From: an uncultured Candidatus Saccharimonas sp.
GTDB lineage: Bacteria > Patescibacteriota > Saccharimonadia > Saccharimonadales > AQU-01
Reading direction: 5' to 3'
Assembly: GCA_943358095.1 (NCBI GenBank)
Contig: CALRGT010000004.1
Coordinates: 1,997-65,996, forward strand
DNA length: 64,000 nt
A model generated the notes under the pieces. That model searched no databases. It saw only the letters and a program-made list of their open reading frames with translations, and was not told where the DNA came from. Positions 28,408 through 34,632 of this stretch are shown one piece after another; position 1 is the stretch's first letter; each line of letters starts with the position of its first letter. The translations under genes and the position numbers were made by a program.

Positions 28408-28821
28408 TTACTGAACTGTAATCATGCCTGTATCGCCAGCTTGGTAGTGATTATGAAAACCATATGTTCCTATTTTTGATGCTTTGAAAGTCATGGACTG
28501 ACCTTTTTTGATAACACCCTCATTCAAATCTTTATTGTCAGTGTGCTGAGGGTGCGGGTCAGAGGCAAACTGCAATGAGCTTGATGAATTATTGGTTACA
28601 GATACTAGGTCGCCTGCTTTTACTGTAATATTGGTAGGACTAAAGCCCTTGTCGCTGTAGGTAATAGTTGAAGCTCCTGTTTGTGTTGTAGTCTCCGAGC
28701 TTGCAGATGTTTGTGGGCTAGCCTTATCTGAGGTGCTAGCAGGTTTATTCAAACTCATTATCGCCAGTCCTCCGCCTATCAATGTGACTGTAATAACTGC
28801 TGCTATAATTCCCTTTTTCAT
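28408..28821 (-). CDS. secreted cupredoxin-like protein lacking the canonical Cys ligand
   Basis: 137 aa with an N-terminal signal/anchor and a Ser/Thr linker. The C-terminal beta-rich domain ends GFHNHYQAGDTGMITVQ, with His and Met present but no Cys. Confidence 0.5.
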   Translation of the reverse strand: MKKGIIAAVITVTLIGGGLAIMSLNKPASTSDKASPQTSASSETTTQTGASTITYSDKGFSPTNITVKAGDLVSVTNNSSSSLQFASDPHPQHTDNKDLNEGVIKKGQSMTFKASKIGTYGFHNHYQAGDTGMITVQ

Positions 28822-29065
28822 GACTTCTCCTAATTACTTTCTATCTTAATGATATCAGAAGATGTATGATTACCGGCAAATCGCATGAACAAAAAACTTA
28901 TGTATTTAGTGGTCGGTTTCTCGAGTCTATAAATCTGATATCAGTCATTTATTTGTACCTTTGGATCCAATAATTTCATCTTCAGTCCTAGATGGTATCA
29001 TGAAAAACCGCCAACTATCCATAGGCTCAGCCACAACAAAAAATAATGAGGTGAAATAATTTTCT

Positions 29066-29722
29066 TTACTTGTCAAAAGTAAGCGTTTTAGCAATCATCA
29101 GGTCAAAGTCTTTTAGTACATCTGGATAATTTGTCCCTATGTTATAGCCGGCAATATATTCCCTGCCGCCACTCACAAATAAGTATTGAACTTTTTTATC
29201 GCCAGCTTCTGGGCCAATGCCGAATTCATTGGTCAGTTTGTAAGTTCCGGCCTGCCTCTTACCCGTAACGCCATTTGCAGTAACAACTTCTGATTTAAGG
29301 TCGGTGTAGTCTGTGTCCTTCAATTCGCTGTCAGAGGTGGCAGTTTTTAGACTAGATGTAACATACATTTGGCCGATATTCTCTGTTGCACAAGTACCGA
29401 CCGATTTAGCATCACCACCAACCATAAATAACTCAGCCGAGCAGTATTCTGTATTGGCCGGTACTACCCAAAAGCTTGGATATTTTAACGAAAACTTTGC
29501 GGAAGTGTTAGTGTAAGCAATCCAATCTTTTGTTGGGTCAACAACCACAGCACTGGTTGCGTCATTAGCCTTACTTACTGCAACTTTTGATGTGCCTTTA
29601 GGGATTGTATTGGTGGTGTTATTTTTCTTGTATACAAAATACCCCGTACCACCAATAATCGCTACCACTGTTAACAGTAGTAATACTTGCACTATACCAA
29701 AACCTTTTTCATTTTTGTTCAT
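29066..29722 (-). CDS. hypothetical membrane-anchored secreted protein
   Basis: 218 aa with an N-terminal TM helix and two Cys in the ectodomain. No motif. Confidence 0.5.
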   Translation of the reverse strand: MNKNEKGFGIVQVLLLLTVVAIIGGTGYFVYKKNNTTNTIPKGTSKVAVSKANDATSAVVVDPTKDWIAYTNTSAKFSLKYPSFWVVPANTEYCSAELFMVGGDAKSVGTCATENIGQMYVTSSLKTATSDSELKDTDYTDLKSEVVTANGVTGKRQAGTYKLTNEFGIGPEAGDKKVQYLFVSGGREYIAGYNIGTNYPDVLKDFDLMIAKTLTFDK

Positions 29723-29985
29723 AATCCACCTTTCTATTTAAGGTCAGTATACTCTCAATACTTCGTAAACAAAAAAACAAGAGGGGGCACCCTGAGGCTT
29801 AACCACTGGCAGATGTGAAGAATGTGAAATAGTGTTTTTCATTTACTGCATCGTTTTGGAATAAAATCAATAAAAAATTCCAGCTAAATATAAAATCAAA
29901 TACTATCTGTTCTTATAAATACCCAAAAAAACTATTGCTGTGATTATTGCTCCAGCAATAAAAATATATATGTTTGGCATAATAT

Positions 29986-30129
29986 CTATTTTTTTAAAAG
30001 TGCGCCTAACGAAAGGATGGAAGGAACCCAAAGACCGACAAACAATCCTTGATCATGTTCACCGCTAAACCACAAATATAATGCTAATGTAAGAGAAAGA
30101 CCGGCAGCTGCGATAATGTAATTTTTCAT
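29986..30129 (-). CDS. possible 47-aa two-TM micro-protein
   Basis: MKNYIIAAAGLSLTLALYLWFSGEHDQGLFVGLWVPSILSLGALLKK*. Below the ORF-track cutoff. Confidence 0.35.
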   Translation of the reverse strand: MKNYIIAAAGLSLTLALYLWFSGEHDQGLFVGLWVPSILSLGALLKK

Positions 30130-30222
30130 AAAACTTTCATTATTAATATTATGTATGAACATTTCTATTATACGAAACTTCTAATATTAAACACAACCGT
30201 TTAAATAGCATCATTAATCACT

Positions 30223-30290
30223 TGGTAGCGGGGCCAGGGCAAGCGCACTTCAGTCCAGACATTACATCCCCTGCCCTCTAAAGGCAAGAT
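30223..30290 (-). repeat. tRNA-fMet 3'-end-derived element (distal copy), directly after the SDR stop codon
   Basis: Plus strand TGGTAGCGGGGCCAGGGCAAGCGCAC is identical for 26 nt to the copies at 31985 and 33503. The first 16 nt equal the 3' end of the tRNA at 33673-33747. Confidence 0.75.
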
Positions 30291-31019
30291 CTACTTGCCT
30301 TTAATAGAATAGCCGCCGTCAGCCAAAAAATCTGACCCAGTTATATAGCTAGCTTCATCAGAAGCAAGGAACATTACAAGTGGAGCAATCTCTTCGGGTT
30401 TAGATATTCGACCGAGTATTGTCCCGTCACTTATTCTCTTGAAGGTCTCCTCGTTCCAATCGTTAACTTGGTCAGTCTCTACGTAACCTGGTGAAACCGT
30501 ATTAAATCGTATGTCGGGGTAGGTTTTAGCAAGTGCTTTTGTTATTGATATAATGCCTGCTTTTGTGGCAGCAAAAGTCAGAGTACTAGTGGTCGCAAGA
30601 TTTGGCTGTCCTTTGATAGAGCTGATGTTGATGATACTTCCGGACTTGTTCGATTGCATTGACGGCACTACGGCCTGGATGCAGTGCAATGTGCCCAACA
30701 CGTTCGTTTTATATTCTTCAATTGCCTTATCATCGTCCATTTCAGTGACATCTTTTAGGAAGTTGCGAGCAACTCCTGCGTTGTTGACTAGTACATCAAT
30801 GCCACCCAACTCCTTTATAGCACTCAGAGTGGCGTTTTTGTCGGAAACGTCAAATACGGCTTTGACTGAGCCATCAAGACTCTTTTGAACTTTCTTTAAC
30901 TCCTCGCTATCCGTACGGCCATGGACTATTACTGTATAACCTTGTCTATGGGCTAATTCAGCGATAGCTTTCCCTATGCCTCTACTTGAACCAGTAATTA
31001 AGATTGTTTTCATAGTCAT
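30291..31019 (-). CDS. short-chain dehydrogenase/reductase family protein with Tyr-to-Phe change in the catalytic motif
   Basis: 242 aa with TGSSRGIG, NNAG and NISS motifs. The expected YxxxK reads FAATK. Confidence 0.8.
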   Translation of the reverse strand: MTMKTILITGSSRGIGKAIAELAHRQGYTVIVHGRTDSEELKKVQKSLDGSVKAVFDVSDKNATLSAIKELGGIDVLVNNAGVARNFLKDVTEMDDDKAIEEYKTNVLGTLHCIQAVVPSMQSNKSGSIINISSIKGQPNLATTSTLTFAATKAGIISITKALAKTYPDIRFNTVSPGYVETDQVNDWNEETFKRISDGTILGRISKPEEIAPLVMFLASDEASYITGSDFLADGGYSIKGK

Positions 31020-31031
31020 ATCATATCAGAC

Positions 31032-31062
31032 AAAATAAAATGACCCCAGTAATGAGGCCATT
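31032..31062 (-). terminator. intrinsic terminator after tRNA-like element E1
   Basis: Minus strand AATGGCCTC-ATTACT-GGGGTCATT forms a 9-bp stem with 2 G-U pairs, followed by TTTATTTT. Confidence 0.55.
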
Positions 31063-31073
31063 GTGCTTATGCT

Positions 31074-31133
31074 TGGTAGCCCAAGTGCATTCGAATTGGA
31101 ACGTACTCCTTGAAGAGTTGGCTAGATGGAATA
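31074..31133 (-). repeat. tRNA-like element E1 (GGGCTACCA family), directly after the HAD stop codon
   Basis: Minus strand ...ACTC-TTCAAG-GAGT-ACGTTCCAATTCGAATGCACTTGGGCTACCA. A near-identical 29-nt core is found at 31622-31650. Confidence 0.7.
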
Positions 31134-31517
31134 CTATAAATTTACAGCTAGAAAGTCTTCGAGAGCTTTTAGGTCTTTTTTCACTGGGTCGTAATACATT
31201 GTATTGATACCAGCTGTCTCAGCGCTCTTAACGGCCTCTGGGTTATGCTCAAAGAAGACTACTTCGTCTGGCTTCAATCCATAGCGTTTTAACATAATTT
31301 CAAAATACTTAGGGTCTGTCTTTTCTGGGTCATGCTTTAGAGTAAATACTTCGTACGGCACATCATCCAACTTAAACTCTTTGAATTGCTCGTCATTAGC
31401 ACCAGTCAGGACGATTTTCTTATTAGGAAAAGTCTCTAAGAGTGCGTGCATTTCTTTGAAGATAGTTCCATCTTTAAACACCAAGCCGTCTATTGCGTCC
31501 ACAAGTATTGTTTTCAT
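31134..31517 (-). CDS. HAD-superfamily hydrolase-like protein
   Basis: Start trimmed to ATG 31517 (MKTILVDAIDGLV, a DxD-like motif I). A later FFEHNPEAVKSAETAGI resembles motif IV. 127 aa. Confidence 0.55.
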   Translation of the reverse strand: MKTILVDAIDGLVFKDGTIFKEMHALLETFPNKKIVLTGANDEQFKEFKLDDVPYEVFTLKHDPEKTDPKYFEIMLKRYGLKPDEVVFFEHNPEAVKSAETAGINTMYYDPVKKDLKALEDFLAVNL

Positions 31518-31556
31518 ATCTCCATCATACCAAACCCCAAGCAAGACTCGAACCAT
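31518..31556 (-). promoter_or_regulatory. conserved upstream block with extended -10 (TGGTATGAT) and T-loop-like GGTTCGAGTC
   Basis: Minus strand GGTTCGAGTCTTGCTTGGGGTTTGGTATGATGGAGAT-ATG. A homologous block lies at 32970-33010. Confidence 0.4.
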
Positions 31557-31580
31557 TTAACAGCTAAGAATTATTGGTAA

Positions 31581-31610
31581 CAAAAAACCTCTGCTACGAA
31601 TAACAGAGGT
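31581..31610 (-). terminator. intrinsic terminator after tRNA-like element E2
   Basis: Minus strand ACCTCTG-TTATTCGTAG-CAGAGGT followed by TTTTTTG. Confidence 0.7.
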
Positions 31611-31621
31611 CAAAGTGCTTA

Positions 31622-31713
31622 TGGTAGCCCAAATACATTCGAATTGGAACCTTATCCTTGAGGAGATAAGTTGGTGGACACAGCTTAACAGGGAGGCGAC
31701 GTGTTAATTGAGA
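31622..31713 (-). repeat. tRNA-like element E2 (GGGCTACCA family), directly after the stop of the 64-aa ORF
   Basis: Minus strand ...CTTATC-TCCTCAAG-GATAAG-GTTCCAATTCGAATGTATTTGGGCTACCA. The stem differs from E1 by changes on both strands that keep pairing. Confidence 0.7.
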
Positions 31714-31908
31714 CTACTTTTTAGGAGAGAAGTAGTCAATAGCACCTGAGACCATACAAACGACTCCAACGAAGCCTATAAAAACGGTCCCCCAGTTTAC
31801 ATGCCCAGCTTTGTTCAGACTATCTGTGCTATTGATTAATGCTAGGCCAATTAGTATCTGTACAATTGCCAATCTTGAGTTAGTAGTTTTTGCCATACTA
31901 TTATTCAA
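31714..31908 (-). CDS. small two-TM membrane protein
   Basis: 64-aa ORF with two hydrophobic helices. No motif. Confidence 0.5.
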   Translation of the reverse strand: MNNSMAKTTNSRLAIVQILIGLALINSTDSLNKAGHVNWGTVFIGFVGVVCMVSGAIDYFSPKK

Positions 31909-31946
31909 TCCTTATTTATTCACTCAATTATGCTCGACTTTATGAT

Positions 31947-31974
31947 AAAATAAAAGACCTCGTTTCCAGAGGTC
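31947..31974 (-). terminator. intrinsic terminator after the tandem tRNA-half block
   Basis: Minus strand GACCTC-TGGAAAC-GAGGTC followed by TTTTATTTT. Confidence 0.7.
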
Positions 31975-31984
31975 AAAATGCTCA

Positions 31985-32378
31985 TGGTAGCGGGGCCAGG
32001 GCAAGCGCACATTAATTTGTGCGCCGAGAGGCTTCGGGCAACAGACTAATGACCGAACCATGGGACTTCCGCCATTACTGACTAGGGGCCAGGAATACTG
32101 GGGTATAATCCGCCCGTTTGTCGCTAAAGCGACGGGGGATTAGCGAACCATGGGACTTGCTGGTTCAAATACTGCGGGGCCTGGAATATTCCCTCGCTCC
32201 GGCCCGCCAAATCATTTGGGAGTGGCGGGTCGGGCTCAGGATATAATTTTGTCATAACAAAATTATCGAACCTTTTTGGCTCGAGCCCTGAGCCTCGGCC
32301 AAGAAAAAAGCTCCATCTTACTATGGGACTATTTTCTTGGGAGCAGGGTTAGTTTGCTCTACCGATAGGGACTAGAAC
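31985..32378 (-). repeat. ORF-free GC-rich block of three tandem degenerate tRNA-fMet 3'-half modules
   Basis: Pseudo 3' ends lie at 31985-32000 (exact), 32078-32092 (TGACTAGGGGCCAGG) and 32170-32184 (TACTGCGGGGCCTGG). T-arm-like CGAACCATGGGACTT occurs at 32054 and 32144. Several 7-9-bp hairpins lie in between. Confidence 0.7.
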
Positions 32379-32969
32379 CTAGTTTGCCTTTCTGTACATG
32401 TAGTAATAAGTCGTCACTATCACATTAAAAGTAAGACCTTTCATGCAGCTCACAATAAGTGGTGTAGAGCCAATCATGGCTGCGTATGTAAGGGTGCAAA
32501 GTAGAGCGCCGTAGACGAAATATAAGCTTTTTTCTGAAATGCCACTTGTTCTTTTGGAAGTCACAACATGATAAACCCATGGCGCGGCCGCTATGGTATT
32601 GAATATTACCGCAAACCATCCAGCACTTGCGGGGTAAGCACCAATTAACCAAGCGGCCAGTGGGGCAACCAGAGCTACGCTGAGAATTGCTTTTTGACGT
32701 TTTGACTTGTTGGTAACTAGGTAGCCGATTGTCAAACTTGTGATAATAAACATTGCAAAATTAGTCACTAACGGTACCCATAAATTCTCAGAAGCAAAGT
32801 AAACCATCCACCCGATGTTCCCTGCTGCGTAAAGGGTAAGTGTCGGGGCATAAAGACCTTTAGGGTTGCGAGTATGAACCAGCTTAGCAAGTTGCGAGTA
32901 GTTAGAGAGCAACCAAAAAGCCTCAGCTGAGATAATCAATAAATTTTCAATAATTGTTTGTGTAAGCAC
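32379..32969 (-). CDS. polytopic membrane protein, possibly PQ-loop/SWEET-like transporter
   Basis: 196 aa with a GTG start and 6-7 TM helices. Two internally similar halves each carry a basic loop after the first helix (SQLAKLVHTRNPKG and HVVTSKRTSG). Weak pattern call. Confidence 0.4.
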   Translation of the reverse strand: MLTQTIIENLLIISAEAFWLLSNYSQLAKLVHTRNPKGLYAPTLTLYAAGNIGWMVYFASENLWVPLVTNFAMFIITSLTIGYLVTNKSKRQKAILSVALVAPLAAWLIGAYPASAGWFAVIFNTIAAAPWVYHVVTSKRTSGISEKSLYFVYGALLCTLTYAAMIGSTPLIVSCMKGLTFNVIVTTYYYMYRKAN

Positions 32970-33010
32970 TTATGCATATCATACCAAACAACCAGACAGG
33001 ACTCGAAACT
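32970..33010 (-). promoter_or_regulatory. conserved upstream block with extended -10 (TGGTATGAT) and T-loop-like TTCGAGTC
   Basis: Minus strand TTTCGAGTCCTGTCTGGTTGTTTGGTATGATATGCATAA-GTG. Homologous to 31518-31556. Confidence 0.4.
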
Positions 33011-33081
33011 GAAATACAGATTTAATAATATCGCACAACCAAAGCGACTGGTCTTGAAGCCAATCTCTATCTTTAAAGTCT

Positions 33082-33113
33082 TGGTAGCCTTGGTTTGTTA
33101 TAACTGGAACTTA
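33082..33113 (-). repeat. degenerate tRNA-like element E3 directly after the stop of the 99-aa ORF
   Basis: Minus strand TAAGTTCCAGTTATAACAAACCAAGGCTACCA shares GTTCCA...GGCTACCA with E1 and E2. Confidence 0.4.
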
Positions 33114-33413
33114 CTAATAGCAGAAGTGTGAATCGAAGTCTTTCTTCCATTTAGCAATATCACTCGTTGAAGCACCTGATGACTCTACCTGCTTCATGAG
33201 CTTTTCATGACCCGGGCCAGAACAAAATTGCCTGTCAGTATAGGACATAATGAAACTCAAGGCAGTATTATTATACCGATTGGTGCCTGCATTATTAAAA
33301 ACCACCCAAAATACAGTAACAGCTATAAGTATCGACATGTTAACTGCTAACGATATAATCATGACTATTTTTATAACTTTGGTGTCATCCTTAGTTTCTG
33401 ATTGTTTTTTCAT
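33114..33413 (-). CDS. small membrane-anchored protein
   Basis: 99 aa with one TM helix and two Cys in the C-terminal part. No motif. Confidence 0.5.
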   Translation of the reverse strand: MKKQSETKDDTKVIKIVMIISLAVNMSILIAVTVFWVVFNNAGTNRYNNTALSFIMSYTDRQFCSGPGHEKLMKQVESSGASTSDIAKWKKDFDSHFCY

Positions 33414-33502
33414 TTATTCCTTTGATTATTTAACTTAAGCATAATACATACGCAAATAATATTACAGAACCCCGATTTCTGCAAAGTCATGATGCTTATG
33501 TT

Positions 33503-33640
33503 TGGTAGCGGGGCCAGGGCAAGCGCACATTAATCCAGGCGCCCGCTACGCTGGGGCCTGTGACTAATGACCGAACCATGGGACTTGCACCAGCTAAAGC
33601 TGTTGCGTCCCAGAACCGAGTCCTAAACCAGGACCAAAGA
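33503..33640 (-). repeat. tRNA-fMet 3'-half-derived element adjacent to the intact tRNA
   Basis: 33503-33534 is identical for 32 nt to 31985-32016. The 25-nt block GACTAATGACCGAACCATGGGACTT at 33562-33586 equals 32044-32068. Confidence 0.75.
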
Positions 33641-33666
33641 AAATGACCCATCTTGCGATGAGTCAT
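33633..33666 (-). terminator. intrinsic terminator after tRNA-fMet
   Basis: Minus strand AATGACTCATC-GCAA-GATGGGTCATT (one mismatch) followed by TTTCTTT. Confidence 0.65.
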
Positions 33667-33672
33667 TTACTT

Positions 33673-33747
33673 TGGTAGCGGGGCCAGGACTCGAACCTGG
33701 GACCTCGTGGTTATGAGCCACGCGAGCTGCCGCTGCTCCACCCCGCG
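33673..33747 (-). tRNA. initiator-like tRNA-Met (CAU), CCA encoded
   Basis: CGCGGGG-TG-GAGC-AGCGGCA-GCTC-G-CGTGG-CTCATAA-CCACG-AGGTC-CCAGG-TTCGAGT-CCTGG-CCCCGCT-ACCA. Position 1:72 is an unpaired C/U. The 5' half is close to the E. coli tRNA-fMet sequence as I recall it. Confidence 0.9.
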
Positions 33748-33904
33748 TCGTCGATGTGTGATGGTTGGGTAACTGAGCTGCCGGCAAAACAAGTTTGACC
33801 GTCAGTTCTAGTTACCCCACCAAGCCCTCTCCTCCCGATTTCGAGAATCCTCTCTCGAAATCGATTAAGACATTAGACCATTGAAGACATTTGGAACAGA
33901 TTAG

Positions 33905-33933
33905 ATAATACCTTAACAGGGGGGAATTGTCAA
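33905..33933 (-). promoter_or_regulatory. near-consensus sigma-70-type promoter about 150 nt upstream of tRNA-fMet
   Basis: Minus strand TTGACA-17 nt-TATTAT. Confidence 0.6.
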
Positions 33934-33948
33934 TCTTATAACTAATAT

Positions 33949-34401
33949 TTATTTTGTTTGGCGATGCAAAAAGAAGTTGATCCATGCCTGGAAATTCTTT
34001 TGATAACCCGGCTTATCCCCTACTCGCAAAACAACTTTTGGCTTTGCTGCTTTTGCGGTATTCACCACATTCGCTTTAGCAACTTTATCTGGTATCAAAT
34101 AGACCTTTTCTCCTGGTGCTGCCAAGCCGAATTGTCGCCTCGCCGATAATTCCAAAAATTCATCAGTATTGTAGTACTCGTTCTTTAGATTTAGATTATC
34201 GTTCTCCAATTTACTGACTTCGTTTTGCTGTTCTAGCCTGGCAATTTGTTTCTGAAATTCATAATTTGACTGTATGGCCTTCAACCCGTTCCAACTAACT
34301 ATCAACGCTATGACGCCAAAAGCAATCAGACTAAGACTGCTCGTGTCTGTAAATATTCGCCAGTAACCTTTTTTGTGCCAACTTTTTAATTTTTGAAACA
34401 T
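33949..34401 (-). CDS. septum formation initiator family protein (FtsB/DivIC-like)
   Basis: 150 aa with one TM helix followed by a leucine-zipper-like coiled coil (QIARLEQQNEVSKLENDNLNLKNEY) and then ARRQFGL. Confidence 0.7.
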   Translation of the reverse strand: MFQKLKSWHKKGYWRIFTDTSSLSLIAFGVIALIVSWNGLKAIQSNYEFQKQIARLEQQNEVSKLENDNLNLKNEYYNTDEFLELSARRQFGLAAPGEKVYLIPDKVAKANVVNTAKAAKPKVVLRVGDKPGYQKNFQAWINFFLHRQTK

Positions 34402-34632
34402 TACTTAATCATTATATACGACTTGGCTACTATCTGCAGTCTACTATTATCGAGTCCTAAGAGCCGAAACTAGTGCTATAGCTCTTTAATAACGATCACC
34501 AGAATACTCTATCTAATATCTATACAATAAAGTGGTTTATTTATTTTAAAATTCTGCTATTCTATACTCTTAATATATAGGGTAATGGCAAGGCAAATGG
34601 TGGTAAGCTTCTTTTAATACAGGAGAGTTTAT

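Noticed and set aside
28849-28943. 10-bp inverted repeat TGATATCAGA / TCTGATATCA about 75 nt apart, upstream of the cupredoxin-like gene
   Set aside because: It is a single short AT-rich palindrome pair with no further copies or associated ORF. The signal is insufficient to call a regulatory or mobile element.
29780-29830. GCCAGTGGTTAAGCCTCAGGG (minus strand) resembling a tRNA D-arm, as a possible further tRNA-derived element extending the cassette array leftwards
   Set aside because: Only a D-loop-like fragment of about 12 nt matches. There is no acceptor or T-arm similarity and no ACCA end, so it is too weak to include in the repeat families.
31985-32378. GC-rich ORF-free block as RNase P RNA, tmRNA or SRP RNA
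   Set aside because: GGAAGTCC superficially recalls the RNase P GGAAAGTCC box, but the other universally conserved RNase P segments (for example ACAGAA.CCGGCTTA) are absent. There is no tmRNA-type 5' acceptor partner or tag reading frame, and no SRP domain IV motif. The internal tandem repetition points to tRNA-derived modules instead.
33816-33828. TACCCCACCAAG in the tRNA-fMet leader, which resembles the 3' end (TACCCCCACCAAAG) of the tRNA at 35075-35150 and might mark an att repeat bracketing ftsB-like and whiB-like genes
   Set aside because: The match is short and imperfect. It also lies on the 5' side of that tRNA, which is the wrong geometry for a 3'-end integration scar. Treated as chance.
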